Shown piece after piece: positions 53,462 to 64,000 of a stretch of DNA of 64,000 nucleotides. The DNA is from Hyphochytrium catenoides (taxonomy: Eukaryota; Protista; Hyphochytriomycota), in contig FLMG01001299.1 in assembly GCA_900088475.1 (NCBI GenBank), forward strand, positions 1 through 64,000, given 5' to 3'. A model generated the notes under the pieces. The model saw only the letters and a program-made list of their open reading frames with translations, did no database searches and had not been told where the DNA came from. Position 1 is the first letter of the stretch, and each line of letters starts with the position of its first letter. The translations under genes were made by a program, and so were the position numbers.

Positions 53462-56183
53462 ATGATGCAAGCTGAGCAACTTCCACTCTCGGAGCCTGCG
53501 AAGCTCCTCCTCCTTCTTTCTATTCTTGCCAACGATAGGGTCATAACTCAGAATGGCAGAGCACTTCTCAAAGGTCAGTGCCAATTTGTTTCCATCCTTG
53601 CCCGTTGTCCTAGAGATGTCTCTGTATGGTTGTTGATGCACTTGCTTGTCTGCAATTATGGTCTTCCCCTTTGTTCATTTCCTAATCCAACTTGGTTGCA
53701 CCGCTCTAGAGCTTGTTATTAGGAGAGATCCGCGTCTTCTCAAAGTTCTCAGCGATATTCAGAGCGGCAAAACTGCGAGTAACCTTCAGATCCCTGTGGT
53801 TCTCAATGCCTTGATAGGTACACACATTGTTATACCTTCAGAAAGCTCTCTTTCTCTCTCTCTCTGACCTTCTGCTATCTTCACCTGTCAAGATGTCCGT
53901 CTTGCAGGAAATTGTCCTATCTCTGCCTTATCTCTGTTTCAGAGACTCCGTGCTACTCTTGGAGTCTTTGACTTTCCTCGGTTCAACTCTCTCTCCTCAC
54001 GTTTACTCTTCAAGTACCGTTTGACTGCCACCTCTCTCTCTCCCTCTCTCTCTCTCTCCCTCTCTTCTCTTTCTTTTCCTTGTCTTTCTCTTCTGCTTCT
54101 AACTTATAGCCGACCTCCTCCCGTCTCTCCCTCTCTTCTCTTTCTTTTCCTTGTCTTTCTCTTCTGCTTCTAACTTATAGTCGATCTTCTCCCCTCTCTG
54201 CGGCTCTTCCCTTTCTGAGAACATTCCAAACCCACCAGCTTATCTTTGACTTCTGCTGTACAGCGCATGAAGCTGCCAAGCTTTATAGCAAACTCTTTGA
54301 CACGTGCACGCTGGAGAATGGCAAGGCCTTGTCCAAGACAGAAAGGGAGAGAAAGAGTCTTCTCGACGAGAAATCTCTAATTTATGGAGAGGTGGAGTTT
54401 AGCTCATTCTACGAGATACTAATGAAGGCAAAGCCCAAGCCAGGAGGAATATTCTATGATCTTGGCAGTGGAACTGGAAGAGCTGTGATGACGGTTAGCA
54501 GTCTCTCCCTCTTTGCCATCAAGCTTTGCCTCCACCCTCACTCCCCACTCTGTTTCTCTCCTTTCTTGTCGTTTTGTTCTCTCACTTTCTCCCTCTCCTT
54601 GGTGCGCGCTATATTATTCTCTTCTCGTGGCCGGATTGCGTTCATTTACTACTTAGTTCTACATGCTTCCATCAACTGGGCCTTTTTTGCTCTGCTAAGA
54701 TTGCACTACTTCTTCCTATTCACACTTTGTCCTTGCGCAGTGCATCCCTTCTAAGCATCTCTGACTCTTGTCTGGAATCTCTCTGTCTACTTCCTTCTGC
54801 CTTCTAAAAACACTCCTGTCGCAACTTTCTTCTGCTTTCAATCAGGCGCGTTTGACCCAAGACTTTGCCCAATGCATTGGAATCGAAATACTCTCTGGAC
54901 TATGCCGCGCCTCGCAGCAAATCTGCGCCAAGTTCAAGCGTGAGACGGCCCCATACCTTTACGCCAATTTGAGCCAGGAAGTATCCTGCGTGCAGGGGTC
55001 ATTTTTAGACTACGACTGGTCTGATGGCGGTAAGCTCTCTCTCCCGAGTGAGATGTGCGGTGTCCTAGGTCGCCTTATATCTTACTGGCAACAAACAACG
55101 CTCCAATCTCCTGGCATTGCACTTTCAAGGTTATCTCTACCTCAGACCACCGGATCAAGGCAATGTCTTTAGTTTACTCACTTTCTGGTGTTACTTAACG
55201 ATAGACCTGCCATATTCTTCCGCCCTTCCTGCTTATCTCTCGCTTGAGTCTTAGATGCCCCCACTCCTGACAAAAATCCCCTTTCTCCTCTAACACTACG
55301 CATGGTTCTGTTCTTTGATCAAATTAGACTTAGTTTTCGCGAACTCGACGTGTTTCGACGATCAGCTAATGCGGCAGATGTCGGTCAAGGCAAGCAAATT
55401 AAAGCCTGGTGCCCTGTTCATAACGTTTACCAAGGTACGAGAGGCACTCCTCCAGCTCAGCTTTGTATTCCCCTGCGCTAGCCGTCGATTCTATTCTCGT
55501 CCATTGTCGGTAATGGCCAGAGTGCTAGAGAGAATGTCCCAGACAATTACTGTTGAGCTGACGGATTCCTCTTCGTGCGCGTGACAATCTAATTTGTGCA
55601 GCCTCTAGAGTCCGATGACTTTGCGGTGCTAGAAAAGAAGCGTTATGAGATGAGCTGGGGTCCAGCCACTGTCTTCTTACATGAACGCCTGCCAGTGTAA
55701 GAGCGAAGCCTAGCTTTTAGTGTTCTCTTTTTTTCTACCGTGCACCCGTAGGTTACGCATAACCCTTCTCAAGTGGCTAGATACCTGCGGTTCATCGGGT
55801 CGCTCACGTCCAACGTTTCTTTTCACTCTAGGAGGAAAGCTTCAGTAACCTCGCATCAGCCGTTGTACAATTCTCAAGATGTCTCTGCCTCCTCTGACTA
55901 CCACTCAGACTCTACCCCTGCACAGAGCCCAACTCGATCTGACGATGAGCTTATTAAAAACTCGGTTTCGCCACCTTCCTCTCCGACTCGGGCTTTGCAG
56001 CAGCATGCTCCCTCTACTCGCCGTTCCAGTCAGAGCCTCCGTCAGCAGGCACTCAGTAGAAATGCTGTTGTACCTCGCTCCCTCCCTGCAGAGATAGCTG
56101 GTGCACAAATCCCAGAAGGTGAGAGCAAAATGCAAGGCTTTAATGGCGAGGACGGCCCTGCAGTGCCATGCTTAGGCTTCTGA
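53462..56183 (+). CDS. DOT1-like class I SAM-dependent methyltransferase, multi-exon, with Ser-rich tail
   Basis: LIYGEV, FYDLGSGTGRAV, GIEIL, GSFL..DWSDG|DLVFANSTCF, LKPGA.FITFT and MSWG.ATVF. Confidence 0.8.
54053..54198. repeat. 71-bp tandem duplication in a methyltransferase intron
   Basis: The same unit recurs at 54061 and 54132, each copy ending ...ctaacttatag. Confidence 0.9.
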
Positions 56184-57397
56184 CTGACACAAAGAGTCTT
56201 CTATTTATCGCTATCCGTGCCTGGAAATTTATCTTTTCAGTCCTTAGCTTCTGCGACCCTTCACCTGCTTCCGGTCTGTTGGCATCCCTCTGTATCTGCT
56301 TCAAGGGACACGCTTTTTCTCTTCAGCGGCCACGTGACAATACTTTATTTCCTCCTCCCTTCCAGTCAACTCCTCTCCTTTGGGCAGTGCTCTCCTCCAG
56401 GCAAAGGCCCGACGTCGAAGTGAGCACGAGAGGGCGCTACAAAACCAAGGTACAACTCCCCTGAGCGATAATAGTGAAGAGCTTTTAGTCCCTCTTCCCT
56501 ATCCTTATATGTATCTACGGGCTTTCCCCAGGTGTCTTCTGTCCTTGCAAATCCGACGCTGGCTACAACTTTTAACGGCTGGCCATGTTCCCCATTGTAT
56601 CCTCTCAGCAGCTGGAATGAACGGAAATTTATCTCCAACGTCTCAGGGCCAAGCAGTAAGGCCGGTACCCCCCGCAGCAGGTCAGAAAACCATAGCGCTG
56701 GCAACTCTCTGTGACGTTTGCCTTTTCCTATGCGTTCCCTTCTCTATGAGCTCAATCTAAACCTAAGCCTTTCCCTTTCCACTTCTGGCGTTTGACTTTT
56801 GCCAGAGGGATGGCGATTTGAGTCTATTGCCCGCTTGTCCATAGGCATACCCTTTAGAAAGGGCAGAAGAAGATTGTTCAAGTCGACTCTTTTCTTTGGC
56901 CGTGATAGTCCAATATATTTCGTCCTTATGTTGTCTGTCAGTCCGCTCTGACTTGACTGATCTGTTCCTATGCTAGGATCTTCTGCGCCCTCTAACAAGG
57001 GACGAGGAAGTCACCTGGTACTTGAAGTTCCCGCAGAGATGTCAGCAGCAGGTTAGTGGTGAAAGAAGAGAGTGAGGGAGGCTCGGATCGGAAAAGTCTC
57101 ACTGCTTTCTCCCTCTGGACTCGCTCCCTTTTTGCCTTTGCTTTGCATCGCGCCTTCAGCAATCTCCTCCCCTTTAGGAAGCGCACTGCTAGACGCAAAG
57201 TGGAAGCACCGCAAGTCAAACCCTTCCGTCACACCACCCTCAATGCCCTAAGGACCGATCTTGTAGTGCACTATGGCAGAATTCTCACTCTCTGACTCGC
57301 CACGTGTAAATTCTATATCCGTGCGGATAAACAAAGGACTGCTGCGCTCGCCCCCTCGGTGTGGCGCTATTTGGTCTGGTTGCCGCTGTTATATCGC

Positions 57398-58092
57398 TCA
57401 TGTAGTCTCCTTGCTCTCAATGTAGACTTTCAATCCGGCCACGACATGTGGGAAGAGCTCAGATCCTGAGAGATGGTTGTACAAACGACGAGATAGCTGC
57501 ACCTCCTTCTCCAAGTATACTCTTTCCTCTTCTTCAGTCTGCGGTGGCCTGAAAGCCATGTCATCTAGCTCTCTTTGTAGGGCGAGGAGCTCCGACGTGA
57601 CCGCCAAACCCTGAATCCGGCCCGTATTGGTTTCTGATAAAGCCTTGATGGTGCTGTCGTAGGCAGGTCAAACAGAGAAGGGGCTCGATGAGAAGGAAGG
57701 ATTTGGTGTAGGAGGCTTCCAGATGGCTAAGAAGGTCCCACCTCACAATGCCGCGCAAGTAGGACACTTGTGTAGAGAGCTTCAGTCCCTTGGCATATCC
57801 CTCATTGAAACCTGCTTGGAGTGCCTGCTCCTTGCCCGTTTCTAAGCCCTCCAGATAGCCGACGTGAAGAGTGGGAGTCAAGGTCAACTGTCAAGCAAGG
57901 CTTATGTTGCCATCAAAGAGACAAGGGGTCAAAAGGAACACAGGAGAAGGATATATTGCTATACTGGGCCTCCATAGCTCGATACTCCCGATCTCGCGCT
58001 GCCTCTTGGCCCTTGATCTCACCGTTAGAATCGCCATCATCTCCATGATCGTCGTCGTCACTAAACGCTACGTACACCTTCCTCTCTGCCAT
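57398..58092 (-). CDS. YAE1: YAE1-family protein (Yae1_N domain), 3 exons; first intron is U12-type AT-AC
   Basis: Acidic N-terminus, then ARDREYRAMEAQYSN|VGYLEGLETGKEQALQAGFNEGYAKG (deca-GX3-type motif). Confidence 0.8.
57864..57954 (-). other. Minor-spliceosome (U12) AT-AC intron
   Basis: 5' ATATCCTT, branch-like CCTTGAC with its A 14 nt from the terminal AC, and a phase-0 join that restores the frame. Confidence 0.88.
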
Positions 58093-58284
58093 GTTGATAT
58101 GGTCCCTATACCTACACGAGAGCGTTGAAGAACTGGAGGCTGACCTTAGGGGTTAGCGACCGAAGACTCAATGAATGAGCATCAAGGCAGAGACTTCGAA
58201 GGCAATAATCTTCATAGAAAGTCTGGACAACGCAACAATCTATGGCGTTTTCACTGCTGAACATGTGAAATCAATTGCTGAATG

Positions 58285-58495
58285 AATCGGAGTCTATGTT
58301 GGAAAAGGTAACTAAGTTAAGATAACCGCTATTAAATAGCCGTTGTCGTGTACTCTCAGTCTTTATGTTAGCTTGACTAGCCGTTAAATCGGAGTCTACT
58401 TCTTTTCATAAAAAGGTAACTAAGTTAAGATAACCGCTAATAGATAGCCGTTGACGTTTTCCTCGCAGCCTTTATGTTAGCTTGACTAGCCGTTA
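58285..58495. repeat. ~105-bp imperfect tandem duplication in the divergent YAE1/mS26 intergenic region
   Basis: aatcggagtcta...aaaaggtaactaagttaagataaccgcta...tttatgttagcttgactagccgtta occurs twice. Confidence 0.9.
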
Positions 58496-58739
58496 TGTGT
58501 GCTGAGGGTAGAGGTGGGAAAGATGACTGGGTAAGAGGAAATCTGCAGACTGATGATCGGAGCTTCATGAGCTTTCTGAAGTCTCTACGGCGACTCTGTC
58601 CGGAAGGGAGAGCTCCATCGGGAGGAAGTGTCTGAGAGGTAGACGCCGCTTCAGGTTCTTCTATACGCTTCCCGGGGAGTGTGTTACCGTCGGCCGCAGT
58701 AAGGTTTGTCAGGGTTGAGGAAGTAAAAAGCGCCGAAGC

Positions 58740-60250
58740 ATGATCCGTGGTAGATTAGGCGGTCTGGTGACCACGGCTGCTAGACGGGGTCAGGTGAGCA
58801 GTACCTCGCTTGGTCACAAGGAGACACGCAAGTTTTAATGTTCGCTGCAGGTTTCTGGATGGATCATCCGTTCTGCCTCCACAAGTGGAAGCTTGAATGA
58901 AGCCGTAGCTGATGAGGTGTCTGAAGTCCCAGCCAGCGCTTCACTTCGGGCGGGCTATGATGTCAGGGCAAAGAAGAACTATGAGAAGAAAATGAAAGAG
59001 CTTCGGAAACAGTTCATGGCAGAGGTGGAAGAGCAAAGAGCGCGACAGAAGGAGGAAGAAGAGTAAGACTAGGGCGTCACCGCTCTTCATTTCTGATCTT
59101 TCCGTTACCGCTCGAAGTCTTTGTCTTCTCGTTCCGTCCTCATTTGACTCTCTCTCTTCACTTATCTCCTTCGTACACCATGTCTTCTCCGATGTTGTCT
59201 GCTGCCATGCTCCAGCCGTTGGCGTTTCTCATCGTCTTTCTTATCTTTAGGTTGGAGCTAGCACGCATCCGGAGGGAGAAAGCACAAAGAAAGGTGATAA
59301 GAGACGCTAGAACCTTGGAAAATGAGGCGAAAGCAGCAAAGGAGAGGCAGTACTGGCACGAAAGAAGGGCGTAAGTCTATTACCGACCTCCAGATTCCTT
59401 CTTCTTCTGACTCTTTCAACTGCCTGAACCTCCGTCGGCTTTGCTCCCTAAGTCAGCCCCCTACTCTGCTTTCCTGATAAACAGCGTTATCCTGTTTGAT
59501 CTGCGACTACTCTGTGAGCGTACGGCTGGCGTACGGTTATGCCTTCCGTCATCCTCTTTCTTCTATCTCTGTCGATTCGCTCTAGCTCGATATCACCTCG
59601 CCGTGGTAAACATATTTCCTTATCCACTGTCCTATTGCCTGTAGACTCATGACAAAGAATGCGATGATGAAGGAGGAGTTGATGCGGCGTCATAGAAATT
59701 TCAGAAGATTGCAGGCCATTATGTACCTAGAGAAGGAGGCGGCGGGTTGGATTACTCCTGAGAACATGAATGAGGTATTTCCCTTTGACTTCGCCGTCTT
59801 GGTCTCTCTCACACACACACATTCGATTTGAATGGCTTCCTTCGCCCATTGGAGTACCATTCAAATAGCATAACACCCGTGTTACTTCTCGTCTTGTCCG
59901 TGTCGCTTCTGGCGTGAACGTGGACACCCAGAGCCTGGTCCTAAAGCCTGTGAGTCTGTTGCACCTGGCGTTGTCTAACCTCTCTGCTCTCCTATGCCTA
60001 GATGTTGACAGAAGATATGTTCAAGCAAACAACCTTGGCAGGCGAAGTCGCCCTTGCCACAGAAGAGGAAATTGAAGAATTCAAGAGGATGCTGGGCTCC
60101 GCCGAGACAGACTTTGCCAGTTTTGACTTGGATGACGAGGAAGACTTCCCATTCTCCAAGCCTTTTACTCTTAAAGACGACAGCAAGAAAGATGACGATG
60201 AGGACCTATTTTCACTTCCCTTCAACGAGGATGAGCTTAAGAGGCGGTGA
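58740..60250 (+). CDS. Probable mitochondrial ribosomal protein mS26-like, 5 exons
   Basis: Arg-rich, acid-free presequence (MIRGRLGGLVTTAARRGQ), then YEKKMKELRKQF, a long charged helix and LEKEAAGWITPENMNE. Confidence 0.6.
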
Positions 60251-60840
60251 GCGCAATACCACGAGGTTGACGTTGGACTCTTTGGTACATGGCGTTGGAG
60301 AGCCTACAAGGATATATGCAGCAGGATGAGAGAGGTTCTCCTATCAGTAATGACTCAACAGAGTGTTCTCTGTGTATATACCTTATCAGTCCCTCTCGCA
60401 GCTGTTCAACAACTAACGTAGAGCTCCTTCTTGCCATACAATAGCCCGAGGAGCATCACCTTGCCCTGTATAAGCTGTCTCTCAACTGTCCACTAACTCT
60501 GTGCTACTCTTGATCCTACCGGCCTGCTGAGAGTTAGCCTTGTGTCTCTTTCGCTATATCTGAACAGCGTTGCCGTAATCCTTTACTCACTCCTTCACTG
60601 GGACTTTGTTCCCTTCTTCGCCACCGTCCATCTCCCTCGTCCTTGAGATAAGGGGAAAGCCGGATAGTCTCCTGCTAGACGTCGAGGCAATGAATTTCCT
60701 TTTCTAACAACTGACACGCATTTCGTGACGTCACACTCGAAACCAAAGGAGCTCTAAGGCTACTATAGATCGATAGTAGATGGAAGAAAGTGAAAGGAAA
60801 AGAAAGGGACTGTCCAGCCCTAAAACGTCAAGACACCTCT

Positions 60841-60886
60841 ATAGCTGGCACTAGGAAGATAGCTGGCACTAGGAAGAAAGCTGGCA
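60841..60886. repeat. 18-bp tandem repeat, ~2.5 copies
   Basis: atagctggcactaggaag twice plus a partial copy. Confidence 0.85.
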
Positions 60887-61103
60887 ACAGAGCTTATTCA
60901 CAGTCATTTATGTATGCTTTGCCTCTCGGGATGCAAAATGAGCGGCACATGTCTACTAGTACAGGTCACAGCTTGAGGAAGGTGGTCTCTCCCACGCATA
61001 AATAAAGTCAGCGATAAACGGACTACTCAAAACCACACCGCAAAGAGAGAGCAAGACACCAGGAAGGCTCAAACTCTGTGCTTTTCGGCGGCTGGGCTAA
61101 TGA

Positions 61104-62669
61104 TCAGTCAGCACCTAGCTTGTCGTTGAGCTGCTGGAGCAGAGATGGGCTGCAGCTGTTGCCTAAGAGGTCAATCTCCATAAGTCTCGTCACGACTCCA
61201 TCCTCTAGAAGCTTCAATAGGCTTTGGAGGCCCTGATCGCTGATGAAGTTATTTGTCAGGGAAAACTTGCTGATAGTCCTGCCAAGGCCCCCATCTCTCA
61301 TTTCCTTTCGAAGGAGCTCAAGGCTCGAGTCTGTCAGAATGTTAGCGCTTAAGTCGAGGACTGACAGCTTCACCTCCGTCTGACATAGTGCGGATATGAT
61401 TGCCTGAAAGCCCGCTTCATCAATGAAGTTGCATCTCAGGTCCAAGACTTTCAGTCTCTGAAGCCTTCCGCTTCTGATGGTCTCTGCCAGCCGCGCCGCT
61501 CCAGCGCTTCCAAGGCCACATCCCACCAGACGGAGCTCTCGGATCTGATGATGAGAACCCGCAAGAGCTGCGAAGAGTCTGTCCAAAGACGGCTGAGAGA
61601 CAAGGCCCGCATTGAGATCCAATACTTCGAGCTCTGTCAGAGATCCGGACGTAAGACCGTCAGCCATAGCGTTGATCATACTATCGTGACAATTGCATTC
61701 TATAAAGCGCGAATAATCCATTCGGCATGTCTTCGTACACGCTCCACCTTTATGAAGCATGTGTATCTCTCTCAACGCTTTAAGCTGACTGAACCCACGC
61801 GTGAAGAGCTCTACTTTGCCCTCAAAGTCATGGGCATGGAAGATAAACTTCAATAAGGCTCTAGGTACACTCCTTCTTGCTGCATGACAGACAGAGAGAG
61901 ACTGGATAGCATCAACGCCGTCCAGAAAGCCATAGATCTTGCGTACAACGTCAAGCTGTTCAAGAAGGAAAGGCGGCTGGTCTTCCGTCTTCCTCTCGCC
62001 AATGTAAACGCTTTCGTGTGCTCTTCTGGCTCTTTTGTTTGGCTCTGTCTGTCCATGAGTCGCGCATGGTTGGCTCAGCCTTCTCTTTACGTCCGGAATA
62101 GCCTTTGCGACAGCAATAGACTGTAGTCTTCTCTTCATAGAACCAGGGGTAGCGTACTCTCCCCGAGAGCCAGAGGAGTTATAGAGGCTCTCTTCGAGTC
62201 GTCGTGCAACGACAGGGAGACGAGTGAGAGCTTGCAGGTCCGAGCAAGGCGTGTTACTGCGCATTAAGGTCAATATGCGCGTCCTCATCATCCGCCTTAC
62301 GGGCCCATCTGAGAAGGAGTGCCAAGCCTGCGGATGGTCTATAGGATTAGGCCCTTGAGTAGAATAGAGAACAGGGGAAGAGAAGGAAGATGAAGAAGGG
62401 AGAGAGACGCGAAGACGGTCATCGCGTTCACTGCCGATTGCTCTTCCTCCCGTGCGCGGCTGTAAGAGTGAGAAAGGTCTAGCATCGCCTTTCACTCCCC
62501 CTTGCGTCTCTCCGTGCATAGTAGTAGTAAGAGTCGACAAAAGAGTGGCAGGGCCGCCAGCAGGTAACCTTCTTTCCTCAGCCAGCCCACTGTCAGAGGA
62601 CAGAGGGACGAGCTTTACGCGAAAATGATGGCTTCTGGGGCTGGAGATGCTGTCTTCGGACGAGCTCAT
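61104..62669 (-). CDS. KIX-like + F-box-like + RNI-type LRR protein (likely ATG 62669)
   Basis: WHS.SD..VRR.M..RI...LPVVARRLEESLY.S..S..EY....MKRRLQ, then LDVVRKIYGFLD...LSVC, then LRRs (LEVLDL, LRLVGCGLG..GA, LDLRCNFI...G, LDLSANIL, FSLTNNFISDQG). Confidence 0.8.
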   Translation of the reverse strand: MSSSEDSISSPRSHHFRVKLVPLSSDSGLAEERRLPAGGPATLLSTLTTTMHGETQGGVKGDARPFSLLQPRTGGRAIGSERDDRLRVSLPSSSSFSSPVLYSTQGPNPIDHPQAWHSFSDGPVRRMMRTRILTLMRSNTPCSDLQALTRLPVVARRLEESLYNSSGSRGEYATPGSMKRRLQSIAVAKAIPDVKRRLSQPCATHGQTEPNKRARRAHESVYIGERKTEDQPPFLLEQLDVVRKIYGFLDGVDAIQSLSVCHAARRSVPRALLKFIFHAHDFEGKVELFTRGFSQLKALREIHMLHKGGACTKTCRMDYSRFIECNCHDSMINAMADGLTSGSLTELEVLDLNAGLVSQPSLDRLFAALAGSHHQIRELRLVGCGLGSAGAARLAETIRSGRLQRLKVLDLRCNFIDEAGFQAIISALCQTEVKLSVLDLSANILTDSSLELLRKEMRDGGLGRTISKFSLTNNFISDQGLQSLLKLLEDGVVTRLMEIDLLGNSCSPSLLQQLNDKLGAD

Positions 62670-63434
62670 GGCTTGGCAGTGCGTAGGTTCTCTGGTCTCT
62701 CTCAGTCCTCCAATACACAGATACCCAAGGTACCCAGTTAATCCCGTGAGAGAACAGAGACTAAGGAAGTGATGGTAAGATCCTGTTGTGCGCCTAAAAG
62801 ATATCAAGATCTCATGGGCCTAAGAGACACAATAGTGCCGCATATCTACTGCGGACCAGTGGTGTGAGTCTTTGTACCTGCGACTTACAGAAGAGAGACG
62901 CGATGGTTATCCTTTCTTCCGTCCCGACAGAGCTAGCCCATGCCGGATAGGATATAGAGGACACAAGTCTTTAGAGAGCTGGCACCGCGATCGTCAGTAA
63001 AACAGACAGAATTGCCAGCTAAGAGAAGGGGATAGAGGAAGGAAAAGAGAGGGAGAGAGACAAAGAGAAAGGAAAAGAGAAAAAGGTAAGAGCAGCAGGA
63101 GAGGCTGAAGAATGCTATAGAAACAGAAAGCGGGCGACAGGGACAGGCGTCCAGAGAGAAGGAGTGCTGATGTAAGAAGGGTGATGACGACACGAATCCG
63201 AGTCGTTGCTCTAAGGTAACATGTGAAGCAGCGGAGAGAGAGAAAGAGAGCGATCGGCGTGCTGCTCCTTAAGAACAACAAGCTGAGTTGATGAGCTGAT
63301 GGTGGTGCGTGTCCTGCCAGCAAGCGGCGTCCGCCCAACAACTTCCACGGGAAGAGGTTGTTCTCTCTCGCTTCACGATAAAAGAGGAGCATCCAGCAGA
63401 CAACACCAGGTTACGACATGAGAAAGAGACATTG

Positions 63435-63491
63435 CACAGAGACGGAGACACAGAGACAGAGACACAGAGACAGCAAGAGAGAGAGACGACG

Positions 63492-63535
<44 letters not shown>
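63435..63535. repeat. (GA)n microsatellite
   Basis: Directly visible. Confidence 0.95.
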
Positions 63536-63538
<3 letters not shown>

Positions 63539-64000
63539 TAGCTAGTTTGCAGGGTTTGGATAACTGAGGAGAAAGAGAGGAAGAGGAAGAAATCCAGAAA
63601 GAACTGCAGAAAGAGCTTTTGGAGTCAATGGCAAGAAGAGACCCTATCAACTAGCGAGACAGAAAGAGGGAGATCATACTTAATAGATACATGGAGGGAG
63701 GAGAGATATGGATGGGATCTCTTCTGAGAGCCTGTCGCGCTGGCTCAGAGAAATAGAGTTAGGTGATGTGATGCACGGCGGGTGGCGCAAGTGCGAGTGC
63801 GAGAGATATTCGGAGAATCCTCAGTCAAACTCAGCGATTCAGCCAAATACAGGCTGACTGCATAAGGCGGTTAATGTATAGAGTTAGAAGCGATCTTTTG
63901 GTGAGTCTTAATAGGGGCTTGCGGTTGACTATCAGGAGAGGTTTGATCTGGCATCTATGTCAGTCAGGAATATTATCAGGTAGATAGGTGAGAACCGACT

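Noticed and set aside
56366-57300. Three minus-strand ORFs between the methyltransferase and YAE1
   Set aside because: They could not be spliced into a coherent protein and have no recognisable family.

Overview
Intron-rich eukaryotic nuclear DNA (~50% GC, many (GA/TC)n tracts, two N-gaps). It is probably from a flagellate-lineage protist. A stramenopile origin is an inference from the kelch-type dynein, the KIX-like domain and the Crypton-like relic. Genes reconstructed by hand across splice sites, in order: 3' part of katanin p80, peroxisomal uricase, an ~18.8-kb kelch/IPT/filamin outer-arm alpha-type dynein heavy chain, GNL1-like GTPase, PX-domain protein, coiled-coil protein with MPHOSPH9/enkurin-like C-terminus, anoctamin, MFSD1-like transporter, TMEM164-like protein, DOT1-like methyltransferase, YAE1, mS26-like mitoribosomal protein, and a KIX-like/F-box/LRR protein. 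There are also Ty3/gypsy and Crypton-like relics. Four observations stand out. (1) The dynein appears intact but has lost the Walker A consensus, Walker B, sensor I and arginine finger of its AAA1 site, making it a candidate 'pseudo-motor'. (2) YAE1 carries a minor-spliceosome (U12) AT-AC intron. (3) The anoctamin has lost its TM7/TM8 Ca2+-ligating acids. (4) Two facing retroelement 5' ends form a ~1.9-kb fold-back. All family calls come from motif recognition, not database searches.
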